64,000 nucleotides of DNA from Macrostomum lignano. Taxonomy: Eukaryota. The stretch lies in assembly GCA_002269645.1 (NCBI GenBank), contig NIVC01000031.1:806001-870000 (forward strand), read 5' to 3'. Under the pieces are notes generated by a model, which was not told the DNA's origin, searched no databases, and saw nothing but the letters and a program-made list of their open reading frames with translations. The translations under genes and the position numbers were made by a program. Shown here piece after piece: positions 1 to 12,157 of the stretch (position 1 is its first letter; each line of letters begins with the position of its first letter).

Positions 1-1134
1 TAAAAAGATTAAATATTTTAAAAACATGCTTTTTTGCAAAGTTCAAGCAGATTTTTTCAACTTGAAATGCTTCATAAGAATGATGAAGAAAAAACTCACT
101 GGCAAATTCTGATTCTGAAATTCTGTAAAATTTCTAATTTTGTGGCAATTGCACCACATTAGGCTTTTTATTTAGTGTCTATATACTAGTTGAATTGGAT
201 GCTGAATTGAATTGTATCATTATGTTGAAAACACAGTGTAAAAGCATAGCATCAGACTTGATTTAGATTGCGTAACTTAATAGAGACTGGTGTTGACTTG
301 TCTAAGAAATTGATTATGTCATAACTAACTTAGTATGGGTTCAATAAGTGCTACAAATTCATGATGTCAAAACAATGAGAGCTAGCCTAGAGGTAACCAG
401 GCTAAACTGCTAATGTAGCTATGTGGGTTTAAATTTTCAGAGTGTTAGGTTTTTTATTTTAACTTTTTAACATTAAGATAACTAGGCCTAAAAAGAACTT
501 TAACTGGCAGAAGACGGATGGCACGATTTTGTGCCATAAAGTAATCATAGTTATTGATGGAACCGAATCCTAGTGTCTAGGGCAATCATAGATTGCAGAA
601 TTCAATACCCTTGTTGCCAACTGACATGGCTCAAAAATGTGCCATATCCATTTTTGTTGGAAAGCTGCTTATTTTCCTATAGGTTAGGTGACACTTTCTA
701 TGGCAATGATCATAGATTATAGTGAAGCAGGTCCTTGGCAAAACTATTATAAGCAGGACAGTGATTTTAATAAATATCTATGGTCCCAAATAGTTCCTTT
801 TCCATATTTCCCTGTATGGTTTTCTCATGAATGAAAGACATGCAGCCATAGCATTAGGTCCCCAGCCATAGACAAATTATCTTTTGGTTAAGCAGCTTTA
901 TTACATATGGGTATACTTGTGGAGCTAGCTGCCTTCTGGAATAGGGGTTAGAAGTTCTGACACTTATGCACTTGGCACAAAATCATGCCAGCTAGCTGTC
1001 GGCAAAGGGTGTGATACATTTTTTGGTTTGTTGCATAAAGGTTAAAAGAAACATCATGTACTCATATAAAAAATAAAAAACAATATATCATACATAAATC
1101 AACAAGAACATTATATGATATAGTATGCATAGGA

Positions 1135-1392
1135 AGCATCATGTTAGACAAAAAATCATGTGTCATGTCAGGCATAAAATAAGCATCATGTCAGGCAAAA
1201 AATCAGTGTCATGTCAAGCATAAAATGAGTGTTATATTAGGCATTATTAAATATGTGCCATGGTAGGCATAAAGTAAGCATTATGTCAAATATAAAATGA
1301 GTGTCATGTCAGGCATAAAATAAGCCTCATGTCAGACATAAAATCAGCACCATGTCAGACATAAAAGAAGTGTGATATCAGACATAAAATAT
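1135..1392. repeat. Degenerate ~20-bp tandem repeat (CATGTCAGGCATAAAAT-like)
   Basis: About 10 imperfect copies of catgtca(g/a)(g/a)cataaaat are visible directly. Confidence 0.7.
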
Positions 1393-2120
1393 TTCTTATT
1401 TTATATTAATATTGCCAAGGCAAATTTTAGACAAAACAAAATACTTATTAACTAAATAGGAGAATGCTTGATACAATGCCAATGGGAACCTAATTGACCA
1501 AGCAGAATTAAATGATTCAAGAGACAATTGCAACTGTTTTTATGAATTATATTCTCTCATAGTCATAAGGAATTCATGTAGGAGGTAAAACGGTAAATAG
1601 AATTGCGATCGGGCCCCCTAATGGAGAGCAATTGTGCTAGTTATCATACTATAATTTAAATGAAATTTTTGCTCTGACTATAAAAATAGCCCTTGTGTTT
1701 CCTACACCCAGTGACTATAAAATAGCCCCCCCCTAATAGTTTTGCCATTTATACTATACAGTTACATTACGTAAAGACACTAGGCCCAGATAGTGTCTTA
1801 GACTTATAACCTTATATTGACTAAAAATAACAGTTTTGCTTTTTATATGGTCACATATTTACAAATAACAACTGCCAAAATCCCTACCCATAAAATGAAA
1901 CTCTGTCTGTGTAGGGCCTACAAATGGGCTCCAAAACTGCTCAAGCTCAAACAAATTAAACCAAATTTTGTGCCCACCCCGCCTAAACTCACTATGGAGA
2001 AGGTCTTAGGCTACCTTAAATTTTTTTAGGTATTATATAAATTTGTATAGTCTATAGATCTAGATTTTTCTAAATTGATAGGCCTGACTTGATACAATAG
2101 ATTTAGTCTGACTTCATGAT

Positions 2121-2888
2121 CCATAGTCAGGAAGGTGGCAGAGTGTGCGCCGGAACAAATTTTGGCCTCTCCCAAAATTGTGCGCCGTGCGCCGACACAA
2201 AAACCCTCGTGTGCGCCGTTGTGCGCCCGCCACTACCTGCCTTGCGACAATAAAAGACCTTTTTTTACAACATAGCAACAATTTTTGTGCGCCAATATTT
2301 TCAATAAACCCTACCCCTATAATATTTCTTAGAATAAATGAATGAAATAAATAAACGTTACACGAGAGTCGAGTCACGAGACAAGAGAATATAATGGTTA
2401 ATACGGGACGGTTACGGGCTATCTATATTATATTATGAGAAATTGAGATCGTTAAACCGAAAATAGAAATTTAAAAAAATTTTAATTTAATTTTTAATTT
2501 TTAAAACAAAACAAACATAAAAAGTAAGCAAATGGCAAAAACAAAGGTGAAAAGGAAAAGGAAAATATTTTATTTTATTTTTTATTTTTTGGTAGAATGC
2601 AGTGTTACATTAGATAGAACAGTGAATAGTGTAATGTAACAAGTAACGACTTACATCGTTACATGGGATCGCCACAAGGGTAACGCTGCATGTGGCGCGG
2701 CACCCGCCGCGCCGCGCCGCCATGCGCCGGTGTCCTCTGGTGTGCGCCGTTGTGCGCCGCTGTGCGCCAGTGCGCCGCTGTGCGCTGTTGTGGCGCGCCG
2801 CTGTGCGCCGTTGTGCGCCGTTGTGTGCCCAAAAAGGGCTTGTGTGCGCCGGAATTTTCCGACCAAACTGCCACCTTCCTGACTATGG
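2121..2888. mobile_element. Non-autonomous DNA transposon (MITE), 768 bp, 8-bp TSD (hAT/P-like by TSD length)
   Basis: Perfect 21-bp TIR CCATAGTCAGGAAGGTGGCAG (2121-2141 and reverse complement 2868-2888). Identical 8-bp flanks TTCATGAT at 2113-2120 and 2889-2896. Subterminal GTGCGCC motifs clustered at both ends, AT-rich centre. Superfamily is inference. Confidence 0.9.
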
Positions 2889-3406
2889 TTCATGATCATG
2901 GTCATCTTCCTTGTCTTCGACTCTTCTCTAGCCTCAGCTACTTTACAAACACAAGCAAAGCTGCTGCTGCAACTGCAAGACACACCATTGTATTAAGGCC
3001 AGAGTTCTTTCTTAGAACTAAATTCTTAAAAATTTTAAATTAAATGATTTTTTACAGGATCCTGTTATGAACAAGGTACACGTGTGTACACAATTAACTA
3101 GATCAAAATTTCAGTTCTGAGACAAGAATCAGAGCCTAAACATATGCTATTTTGAAAGTAAATGTCTTTTTAAAGATTTTTTGTTGAATTTAAAAAAAAC
3201 TGTTGTTTCGTTGCAAATATCTATAGTTAAAATTGTTATACGCTTATAATAAACACCAAGCACCGATTTAACAAGCTAAAATACACGAAATAAGAAATAT
3301 CTGGATTGGCTTTGGCAGTTTTGGCAGGGTTAGCTAAGCAGTTCATTTTCTTTTACGCCGCAAATTAAAAATATTTGTGCGACATAATTGAACAAAAAAA
3401 ACTACA

Positions 3407-3444
3407 ATGTCTAAGGATCGAATCAATGTTTTCCCTTCGCGAAT
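3407..3444 (+). CDS. ATP6V1D: V-type proton ATPase subunit D, exon 1 (MSKDRINVFPSR, phase 2)
   Basis: ATG at 3407. The peptide matches the V1-D N-terminus (human MSGKDRIEIFPSRM). GTAAGT donor at 3445. Too short for the ORF track. Confidence 0.92.
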
Positions 3445-3772
3445 GTAAGTATACAATGAAATTAAGCTCTTGCAAGTTGCATCTCATATCTTGTCTCTTT
3501 TTTAATAGACCTACTATTGGGTCTAAGTTTCTTAGTTCCATTAGTTAAGTTTAACAGATTTTGTATATATTTGTTAGTAATTTATAAAATTGTTCTTAAA
3601 ATTGATAATTATATATTGCAACAATATTTTTAATTCATTAATTATAATTGATCATTTAATTTAAAGTTTATAATAATAAATTTACCCTTTTAAGTCTTCT
3701 TTCAGTTTTTCTTGATTGAAGGGTCCTTTGCCGTCATTGACATTGATCATATAAGATATTCTAGATTTTTCA

Positions 3773-4459
3773 GCATTCTTTTGTCTTACAATGCCCAAAA
3801 TTGTATCTGTTTTGTCTTACGATGCCCATGTTAAATAAGCAAGAAGGGTTTAAAAATGTATACTTTACAACGGAAGAGAGCAGTGTTTCAGAGGTCTTAA
3901 ATTCAGTCACACAGTTGGTTTGTACTTCTAACTGTATTTCCACAGAAATGTCACGACTCACATGCTTTAACATTGTGTCCGCCCTCATTAGCAACTGAAG
4001 CTATCAAGCCATTGGCATTATAAAATATAATCCATTTCGTTTTATGATGCCTTATGAATAATTACAACGTCTATGAAATGGATATTATAGCGGTACTCTC
4101 GGACTCAAACTCATACATTACACAAAGAGTCTTATGAATTGATAAAAAAGAGGAGACAAAAGCGGTAAACCAATTTAAGGACCCAAAGTAACCCTCTCAC
4201 TTTCGTTTTGCAATGCCCATAATGGACTAAATTACACCAAAGGCATCGTAAAATGAAACAGAATATATAGCTTGCCTTTCATTAATGAACAATAATCTAT
4301 CAAGTATACATAATACAAAATACATGTATAGCCATAAAATGAAAATTATACAGAAACTACAGCATCATGCCTATGCCATATGCTTTCTATGGGCATCGTA
4401 AAATGAATGGGGGCCATCCCATTGAAATGCATAGCAGGCATTGTAAGACAAAAGAATGC
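3773..4459. mobile_element. MITE-like element with 23-bp terminal inverted repeats
   Basis: GCATTCTTTTGTCTTACAATGCC (3773-3795) is the exact reverse complement of 4437-4459. Internal T(T/A)(C/T)GATGCC-type motifs occur in both orientations. TSD uncertain (CA on both sides). Confidence 0.75.
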
Positions 4460-4558
4460 CAATTTTTCTAGCTTAAATTTGGGTTGTTATTGTATGAATA
4501 TTAGATGATTTGCTAAAAACCTTTTTGTATACACAAACACCTGTAAGTGCTAGCAGCC

Positions 4559-7500
4559 CAAACCAGTTCATTAGTGCACACTGCCCCCTCCCCAAAGGAC
4601 ACATAAGACACAGAGCTGGCAAGCAGACAAGGTGAGAGAGCCTGGCAATGGAGCCCCCAATACTAAACAAAAGCAGATGCTAAAGGAATGTGCAAAGGCA
4701 AAAGGGCAAAGGTGATCAGCACCTAAAAAGCAAAGCAACTACTAGTTTCCAAGCGACACTGAAAGCTGCATCGCCAGGCAACAAATATTAGTTCACTGCA
4801 TTGCTGCCCCAGTTGCCCGCACTCTAGATTAACTGACAAACTAAAATGTGTCACCTAAGTAGCTGCACCCTTCCACAAGCTGTGCACGGAGTAGCCTGCC
4901 ACACTGATGCCACCTTATTAAGCTGGCATTTAAACTATACATTCAATATCTGAGATATCAGAGATGCACTACTGGCTAAACTGCCTGAGATGGGGAATAG
5001 GCCCTGCTGCAATAGCTTCAATGATTGCAACAAAGATGATCTTGCAGTGCCGCAACAGGACAGAGTGGGTGACTGGGCATCAGCTGCAGCAGCAGCAGTA
5101 CCCTATGGCTCCTGTCAAACTCGTTGCTTTCCTATAGCTGGATAGCAAAAGCAGACCAACCTTACACTCCAACTAAGAACTAAGCTATAGCAGAAAAAGA
5201 TCAATGTGCCCAACAGGCAATAGGCTAGACTTCCTAAACATGCCCTACTAGGTGCACATGACTACAACCCAGCAGGCAGCTTGGGCTAGGTTCAAGCAGT
5301 CAGCTTAGTGACGCAGCCTTGTTAAAAACTTGGGAGACATAGACAGCTTGCAGCTTGGCTCTGTCCCAAGCTTGCACCTGGCTAACTACAGCACCAGGTG
5401 CAGCAATGAATGCTTGGTCAGATCTGGCACCCCTGCCAGCTAGAAGTTGGTAGAGAAAATGCTAATGTGCACCCGGATTCTGCCAAAGGAGCTAAGCTGG
5501 CCATCTATGAGTCGGGCAACGTAATTCACGAGGTCCTTTGCCCAGTAGCAGAGCAGGTTGAGCTGCCACTCAGATGGTAGATGATTGCAACTTCTTGGAT
5601 GATGAGGCATAGGCCTGCTGGAAAAGCTTGGTGGCATCTTCGAGAGACTTAGGAAGGCGACCTGCAAAAGGGAGAAAGGCATTGATAAGAAGGCTGAGCA
5701 CATGACTAGCAGTAGGCTTGTAGGCTAACACAAAATGTTGCATAGGCTTACAACACAAATATCAGCAATTCATAACTGCAGTGCAGATATAAAGCTGTGT
5801 CAGCAAATAGCAAGAACTGGCCAGGCACATGATAGGCAGTAATAATCACATTCTGCTTCAAGCAAAACAAAGCAACAGTTTGCAGTAGCTGCAGTAACTG
5901 GAACTCCCTGGAAGACCCCTTGTTGATGATTGCGCAGGTGGCAGCGTTGTTGCAATAGACAGCAACCTGGCAATTGTCTGGCAGTTGTGCAGCTGATAGC
6001 GCCAACGCAGCAAGGCCAACAGGACTGCAGCAGCCTCCTTGTAGCTGATTTAGCACTTGCTGAAGACGCCGCCAGCATCAACATCCCACTTCAGGTAGCA
6101 CCAGTCAAAACTAGCCGAGTCATGCCAAAGAAAACCAAAGCTTCCATTGGCAAACAAACATATTGACCACGCGACCTTCAGGCTGGCTGTAGTCATGAAT
6201 AAGCTATATGCCTCCACCCAACTTGGGAATGGTGCCTAGGGCCCTCACAATCACTGGCTTTACACAAACACAATATCTGCCCATCTGCAGCTCTTCATAA
6301 ACTTGAGCCTGAACACTGGCACAGTCATACACGCGCAACCTCCAAAATTCATTTGGCCATGCGACTTAGTTTCAACAAAAATGCGACATAGTTTTTTGCC
6401 TAAAATGCAACTTATAGGTAAAAAACCCTAAAGCAAAATTAACCCAACTTTGGGTAAATGGCAGGAGTATTTATAACTGTCTTATTAAGCCAAAATGCCT
6501 CGTCAGCTACTTAGTTTTACTACTTGGGTGTTTTTTCGGGTGGGCATTTTCGGCCGACTCAGCCAACTGTTGCACATGTATGGGCACAGTGCTGACTAAT
6601 AGATCTATAGTTATCTTGCTCAATAGTGTCAATGGTGCAACTGATATTCCTAATGTTGAAACCCTCCTTCATACTAGAGAGAACAAACTGCGTGAGCTCC
6701 GCTGGCATCTCGGTGTTGGCTAGGTCCAAATGCCAAGCTTCAAAGTGCAAGTTGGTAGGGAAGGTTCCGCCTGAGTTGCCCTTATGATGGCTTCATCAAA
6801 AGCAGCAGCAGGGGTAGGCAACTCAATGTTAAGAGACCCCTGCTGCTGAACCCCACCCATTAGTTTTTTGCCATCGAGCCACCCTTTATCCAATCCATGG
6901 AAGGTGGCCTCCAAGTTTGCCTGGCCGCAGCATAGACAACAGTGCGTGAACCAGCACAGATTGCAGTGGCAGCCGGATAGTCTGTTGTAGTCAAAGCAGA
7001 CTGTTTGCTTTGGTGCTGGCCTAGCTGCAGCACCAGCCTGCCGCTGCAGACCCAGTGTCATCAAGTGCACCGCCATTAGTCCAAGGTCAGTCACCGAGCT
7101 GTCCCAGGCGCTGGCACCTGCCTGCTGTATCCTGAACTCGTCATCGTAGCGCAACACGCAACTGCGGTTGAAATTGAGGTCAAGGAGGTTGCCGATCTTG
7201 GCTATGTGCTTCAGGTACTCAAGCAACTCAGATATGTTAATGGCGCCATCTCTGAGAACCAGAAGCCTGCCATCCTTCAGCATCTGCATCAGTGCATTTG
7301 CATTCCTAATAATCCAGTCACCAACAGACAGACTGTCTAGAATGAACTGCTTCTCTGCCTAGCTTGATTTGTGATTTGTGACAGCTGCTTCTGAGTGCTG
7401 ATAAAGTCTAGCACCCGATACATGCTCAGATGCTACTGTCCTGGCTGCTGCACCCACCTCATTTGCCCCTCCAGTTGTGGGTCCCAACACCAAGTCCTCA

Positions 7501-8058
7501 AAGCATGAGTACTCACTGGGTACCGCAACAATTCAGTGGTCACCACAGTTGCTCATCAACTTGGCTGGCTAGCTGCTGGATCTTAGCCTCCATGTGCGCT
7601 TGATCATTGCAAATCATCAGCAGGTGCAGCTGCTTCTCTGCTTCCAGCAGCTCCTAGTCCAGGTCGTCAGTCCCATGAGTCTCCTGCCGCCTTCTTATCC
7701 TCTTAAGACATCTTGCTAAGCTTCCACCTCCTTGGATGATCGCTGCTGTAACAATCATCAATGAGTCCAGAGATTGATGCTGATTGGACTTCTGCTGAGT
7801 CTTGTGCCTCCGCCCTCCGCCTGTTGGAGTTTCCTACAAGGTGTGTTTGTTTCCAGCAGTATGCAGGCCTCTTGCACGCAAGGCAGTCCACAGCTCCTTT
7901 ATAGTCATTGGGCTGTGTGACATGACTTATGAGTCCAAAAATTTTTTCAAGTGCTTAGCAAGACACAAACTTAGCTAGCCCGCAGGCATAAAAACCCTCC
8001 TGAGGGAGGGAGGTAGGCCTAAGCCAGGGGTTTGGCAGTGTACACAAACCAGTTCATT
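4559..8058 (-). mobile_element. Decayed DIRS-order (Ngaro-like) tyrosine-recombinase retrotransposon, internally deleted
   Basis: Minus-strand order: gag-like ORF with Cys/His knuckle CFDYNRLSGCHCNLCWFTHCCLCCG (ORF 6720-7289); pol start (MKEGFNI); RT N-terminal motif ALGTIPK..LIHDYSQPEG.VVN (6248-6160); RNase H (ISYKEAAAVLLA, VYCNNAATCAIINKGSSR, AYHVPG..FAD; ~6148-5790); YR (GMFRKSSL, CPV, YSVHSLWKGAAT at 4893-4858, GNWGSNAVN*Y at ~4817-4785). 14-bp direct repeat CAAACCAGTTCATT at 4559-4572 and 8045-8058. Many stops and frameshifts; outer boundaries approximate. Confidence 0.88.
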
Positions 8059-8612
8059 TTAGCATTGGCCCCCTATCTGTATGATATAAAATATATAAGC
8101 CCCATGAACAGCCAAGGCCATATAATCATTTATATCAATGTATCCTAATGCTACTTTGAGCCAAATGAGGCCATATTACACTATTTCTTTCAAAAAAGTG
8201 TCACTATTGGCTAATTGTAAAAATGGCACATTTTCCTATAGATGGAGTGACATAAAGAAAACTACAATCACCATTTTTCCTATGTCTTTAATCTTTAATT
8301 AACTGTCTCTTTTGCAAATATTTAAACATGTTATGTTTTTAAATGCAATATCTAAACCATTTACTAAAATTTTACTAAAAGAAATGGACTATGAAAAAAT
8401 CCAAAAGCCTAGAAAAAACCTACAACTTAGCATAAAAAGTTTTCTTTTAAAATTTTCTAACAATGTTACATTATGATTTCCATTTTGATTGGAAGCATTG
8501 TAGTTGCTCCAATGGCATAAATGTATTGTTTTACCAAATTTTCTGGGAAAGATCCAACCAATACTGTGAGAAGTAAAGATTGTTTTTAAATCATTGCTTT
8601 CTCATTTAACAG

Positions 8613-8730
8613 GGCGCACACTTTGATGAAAGGTCGCCTTCAAGGGGCACAGAAAGGTCACAGTCTGTTAAAGAAGAAAGTGGATGCTTTGACATTCAAG
8701 TTTCGTGAAATTCTCAAGCAAATTATCGAG
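8613..8730 (+). CDS. ATP6V1D: V-type proton ATPase subunit D, exon 2
   Basis: AACAG acceptor. Completes the split ATG, then AHTLMKGRLQGAQKGHSLLKKKVDALTFKFREILKQIIE. GTAAGG donor. Confidence 0.95.
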
Positions 8731-9059
8731 GTAAGGACGTTCATAGCAACTAGCTTGTTAATGTGGATTGATCTGTTTCATAGTATTATGCTCCTAAATC
8801 GAGAACCCCTCCTGAGGTCCTGAGTCCCCAATCCCCATCAACAAACCCAAAATCCATGCCAAAAATCCCATAAAATCTTTAACCAAGAATCCCAAAAATC
8901 GCTCTTAAATAATTCCCCTAAAATTCTCTCAAGAATCCTTATAAAGAAACCCCTGAAATCCCCATCAAGAATATATCCCACCAAGAATCCAATAAACTCC
9001 CCATCAAGAATCCCATAAACTCCCCATCAATGCTTCCGCAAACTCCCCATCAAAAATCA

Positions 9060-10505
9060 CTGTGATAAATCCCATGAAACCCACTAAAACCCTCATGAAA
9101 AATCCCAGGAAACCCACTAAAATCCCCATCAAAAACCCCCTCGATAAATCCCATGAAACCCACTAAAATCTCCACCAATAATCCCGATGATAAATCTCAT
9201 GAAGCCCACTAAAATCTTCATCAATAAATTCCATGATAAATCTCATGAAACCAAATAAAATCCTCACCAATAAATCCCATGATAAATCCCATGAAACCCA
9301 CTAAAATCCTCACCAATAAATCCCATGATAAATCTCATGAAACCAAATAAAATCCTCACCAATAAATCCCATGATAAATCTCATGAAACCCACTAAAATC
9401 CCCACCAATAATCCCCATGATAAATCCAATGAAACCTACTAAAATCCTCACCAATAAATTCCATGATAAATCTCATGAAACCCACTAAAATCCTCACCAA
9501 TAAATCCCATGATAAATCTCATGAAAACCACTAAAATCCTCACCAATAATCCCCATGTTAAATCCCATGAAACCCATTAAAATCCTCACCAATAAATCCC
9601 ATAATAAATCTTATGAAACCCACTAAAATCTTCACCAATAATCCCCATGATAAATCCCATGAAACCCACTAAAATCCTCATCAATAAATCCCATGGTAAA
9701 TCCCATGAAACCCACTAAAATCCTCATCAATAATCCCCATGATAAATCCCATGAAACCCACTGAAATCCTCACCAATAAATCCCATGATAAATCCCATGA
9801 AACCCACTAAAATCCTCATCAATAAATCCCATGGTAAATCCCATGAAACCCACTAAAATATTCATCAATAAATTCCATGATAAATCTCATGAAACCCACT
9901 AAAATCTTCATCAATAATCCCCATGATAAATCCCATGAAACCCACTAAAATCCTCATCAATAAATCCCATGATAAATCTCATGAAACCCACTAAAATCCT
10001 CATCAATAAATCCCATGGTAAATCCCATGAAACCCACTAAAATCCTCATCAATAAATCCCATAATAAATCCCATGAAACCTACTAAAATCCTCACCAATA
10101 AATTCCATAATAAATCCCATGAAACCCACTAAAATCTTCATCAATAAATCCCATAATAAATCCCATGAAACCCACTAAAATCCTCATCAATAAATCCCAT
10201 AATAAATCCCATGAAACCCACTAAAATCTTCATCAATAATCCCCATGATAAATCCCATGAAACCCACTGAAATCCTCACCAATAATCCCCATGATAAATC
10301 CCATGAAACCCACTAAAATCTTCATCAATAATCCCATGATAAATCCCATGAAACCCACTGAAATCCTCACCAATAATCCCCATGATAAATCCCATGAAAC
10401 CCACTAAAATCTTCACCAATAATCCCCATGATAAATCTCATGAAGCCCACTAAAATCCTCACCAATAAATCCCATGGTAAATCCCATGAAACCCACTAAA
10501 ATCCC
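9060..10505. repeat. 46-bp minisatellite (AAATCCCATGATAAATCCCATGAAACCCACTAAAATCCTCACCAAT), ~30 copies, V-ATPase D intron 2
   Basis: Period 46 read from unit starts at 9271 and 9317. The array runs to about 20 nt from the exon 3 acceptor. Confidence 0.95.
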
Positions 10506-10527
10506 CATTTGTCTGGCCTATTTGCAG

Positions 10528-10860
10528 ACAAAGCAGGTGATGGGCGATGCCATGAAGGAGGCGGCCTTCTCCCTTGCCGAGGTGAAGTTCGCCACAGGTG
10601 ACAATATCAATCACACGGTGCTGCAGAATGTGTCCAGAGCCCAGATCAAGATCAAGACTAACAAGGACAACATAGCCGGAGTCACGCTGCCAATATTCGA
10701 GCCCTACGCTGATGGCGGCGACGCCTTCAACCTGACTGGACTGGCGCGAGGCGGGCAGCAGATCGCCACGCTGAAGAAGCACTACGCCAAAGCTGTTCGT
10801 CTGCTGGTTAAGCTGGCCTCTCTGCAGACTTCGTTTATCACTCTGGACGAAGTTATCAAG
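10528..10860 (+). CDS. ATP6V1D: V-type proton ATPase subunit D, exon 3
   Basis: TTGCAG acceptor. TKQVMGDAMKEAAFSLAEVKF...LASLQTSFITLDEVIK, colinear with V1-D. GT donor at 10861. Confidence 0.96.
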
Positions 10861-10904
10861 GTTTGATTGGTTGTCTTGATCGTGTGTGGGATATCACATG
10901 CTCC

Positions 10905-11285
10905 GCCAGATCCTTGGGTGGAATATGAGCTGATCTCCTCAGATCCTTAGATAAGATAATCCTTCCCAGATCCTCAAGTGGGATAATCTTTCCCAGATCC
11001 TTAGGTGAGATCACCATATCCTTAGGTGTGATAATCAGATCCTAAGGGGGATAATCAGATCCTCAGGTGGGAAAATCACATTCTCAGTTGTGAGAATCAG
11101 ATCCTCAGTTGGGATAATCACCCTCAGATGGGATAATCATCCTTAGGTAGGATAATCAGATCTTTAGGTGGGATAATCACATATTCAGTTTGGATAATCA
11201 GATCCTCAGGTGAGATAATCAGATCTTCAGGTGGGATAATCATCCTCAGCTGGGATAATCACATATTCAGTTGGGATAATCACAT
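10905..11285. repeat. ~21-23-bp minisatellite (GGGATAATCAGATCCTCAGGT), V-ATPase D intron 3
   Basis: Direct inspection. It is the reverse complement of the 12158-12890 family. Confidence 0.9.
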
Positions 11286-11359
11286 CCTCCGGTGAACCAA
11301 AGCGGTAGTAACCAATCCCCAAAATTGACAGCTAGTCACACTCACACGCACAAATCCAG

Positions 11360-11614
11360 GTGACCAACCGCCGTGTGAACGCCATCGAGCACGTGATCAT
11401 CCCGCGCATCGAGAACACGCTGACTTACATCAGCCAGGAGTTGGACGAGCGCGAACGCGAAGAATTCTACCGGCTAAAAAAAGTGCAAGAGAAAAAGAAG
11501 AGGGACCGCGCCAAGAAGGAGGCCGAGGCCAAAGCCAAAGGAGCGGATTTGTTGGATGGCCCTGGCAGCCTGTTGGAGAAGGAAGTGGACCAGGACCTGC
11601 TGTTTAATGACTAG
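11360..11614 (+). CDS. ATP6V1D: V-type proton ATPase subunit D, exon 4 (terminal)
   Basis: [46 protein letters not shown]...DLLFND*. Spliced CDS is 38+118+333+255=744 nt, 247 aa. Confidence 0.97.
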   Translation: MTNRRVNAIEHVIIPRIENTLTYISQELDEREREEFYRLKKVQEKKKRDRAKKEAEAKAKGADLLDGPGSLLEKEVDQDLLFND

Positions 11615-12157
11615 TTCATTGATTTTGACTGCTACACACATCAGACGATGGAGAAAAAATAGGAAGTAACAAAAACATTGTCGCCTACTGGAAGTAGAGT
11701 AGTAAGAATCTTATTATATATTATGCAAAATGATAATTGTTTCTGTTTCAAGTTAAATAACACTTAAAAATACTTGATGCATAATATATACTGCAATAGT
11801 TGTTATTGCTATAATTATTCGCCTATCTCTGTCGTTGTCATTTCGTATTATATTGCTCGTCAATTATATGATTTATTAACTATTCATTGTGGTTACTAGT
11901 GACACTAAATTAAGCAGATCACAGTTGCTAATTTGATGATTAAGTAATTTGACACAATAAATGCAGATTGTTATTCTGAATTATTCTTTGGTAGTTTTTT
12001 TTCAGTTTTATTGTTTGTTTGAATCGTTGCTGTCCAGCACAATAAATAATTATACAATTCTCGCATCATCTTAGCGTAATCATTAAATATTGTTAGAATT
12101 TTACTCTTGTTTGCTTTAAATCTTTTCGTTTTTATTTCATAATCATAGATTAACGGT

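Noticed and set aside
5440-7289. Independent antisense host genes nested in V-ATPase D intron 1
   Set aside because: The ORFs are fragments of the gag, RNase H and YR frames of the decayed retroelement.
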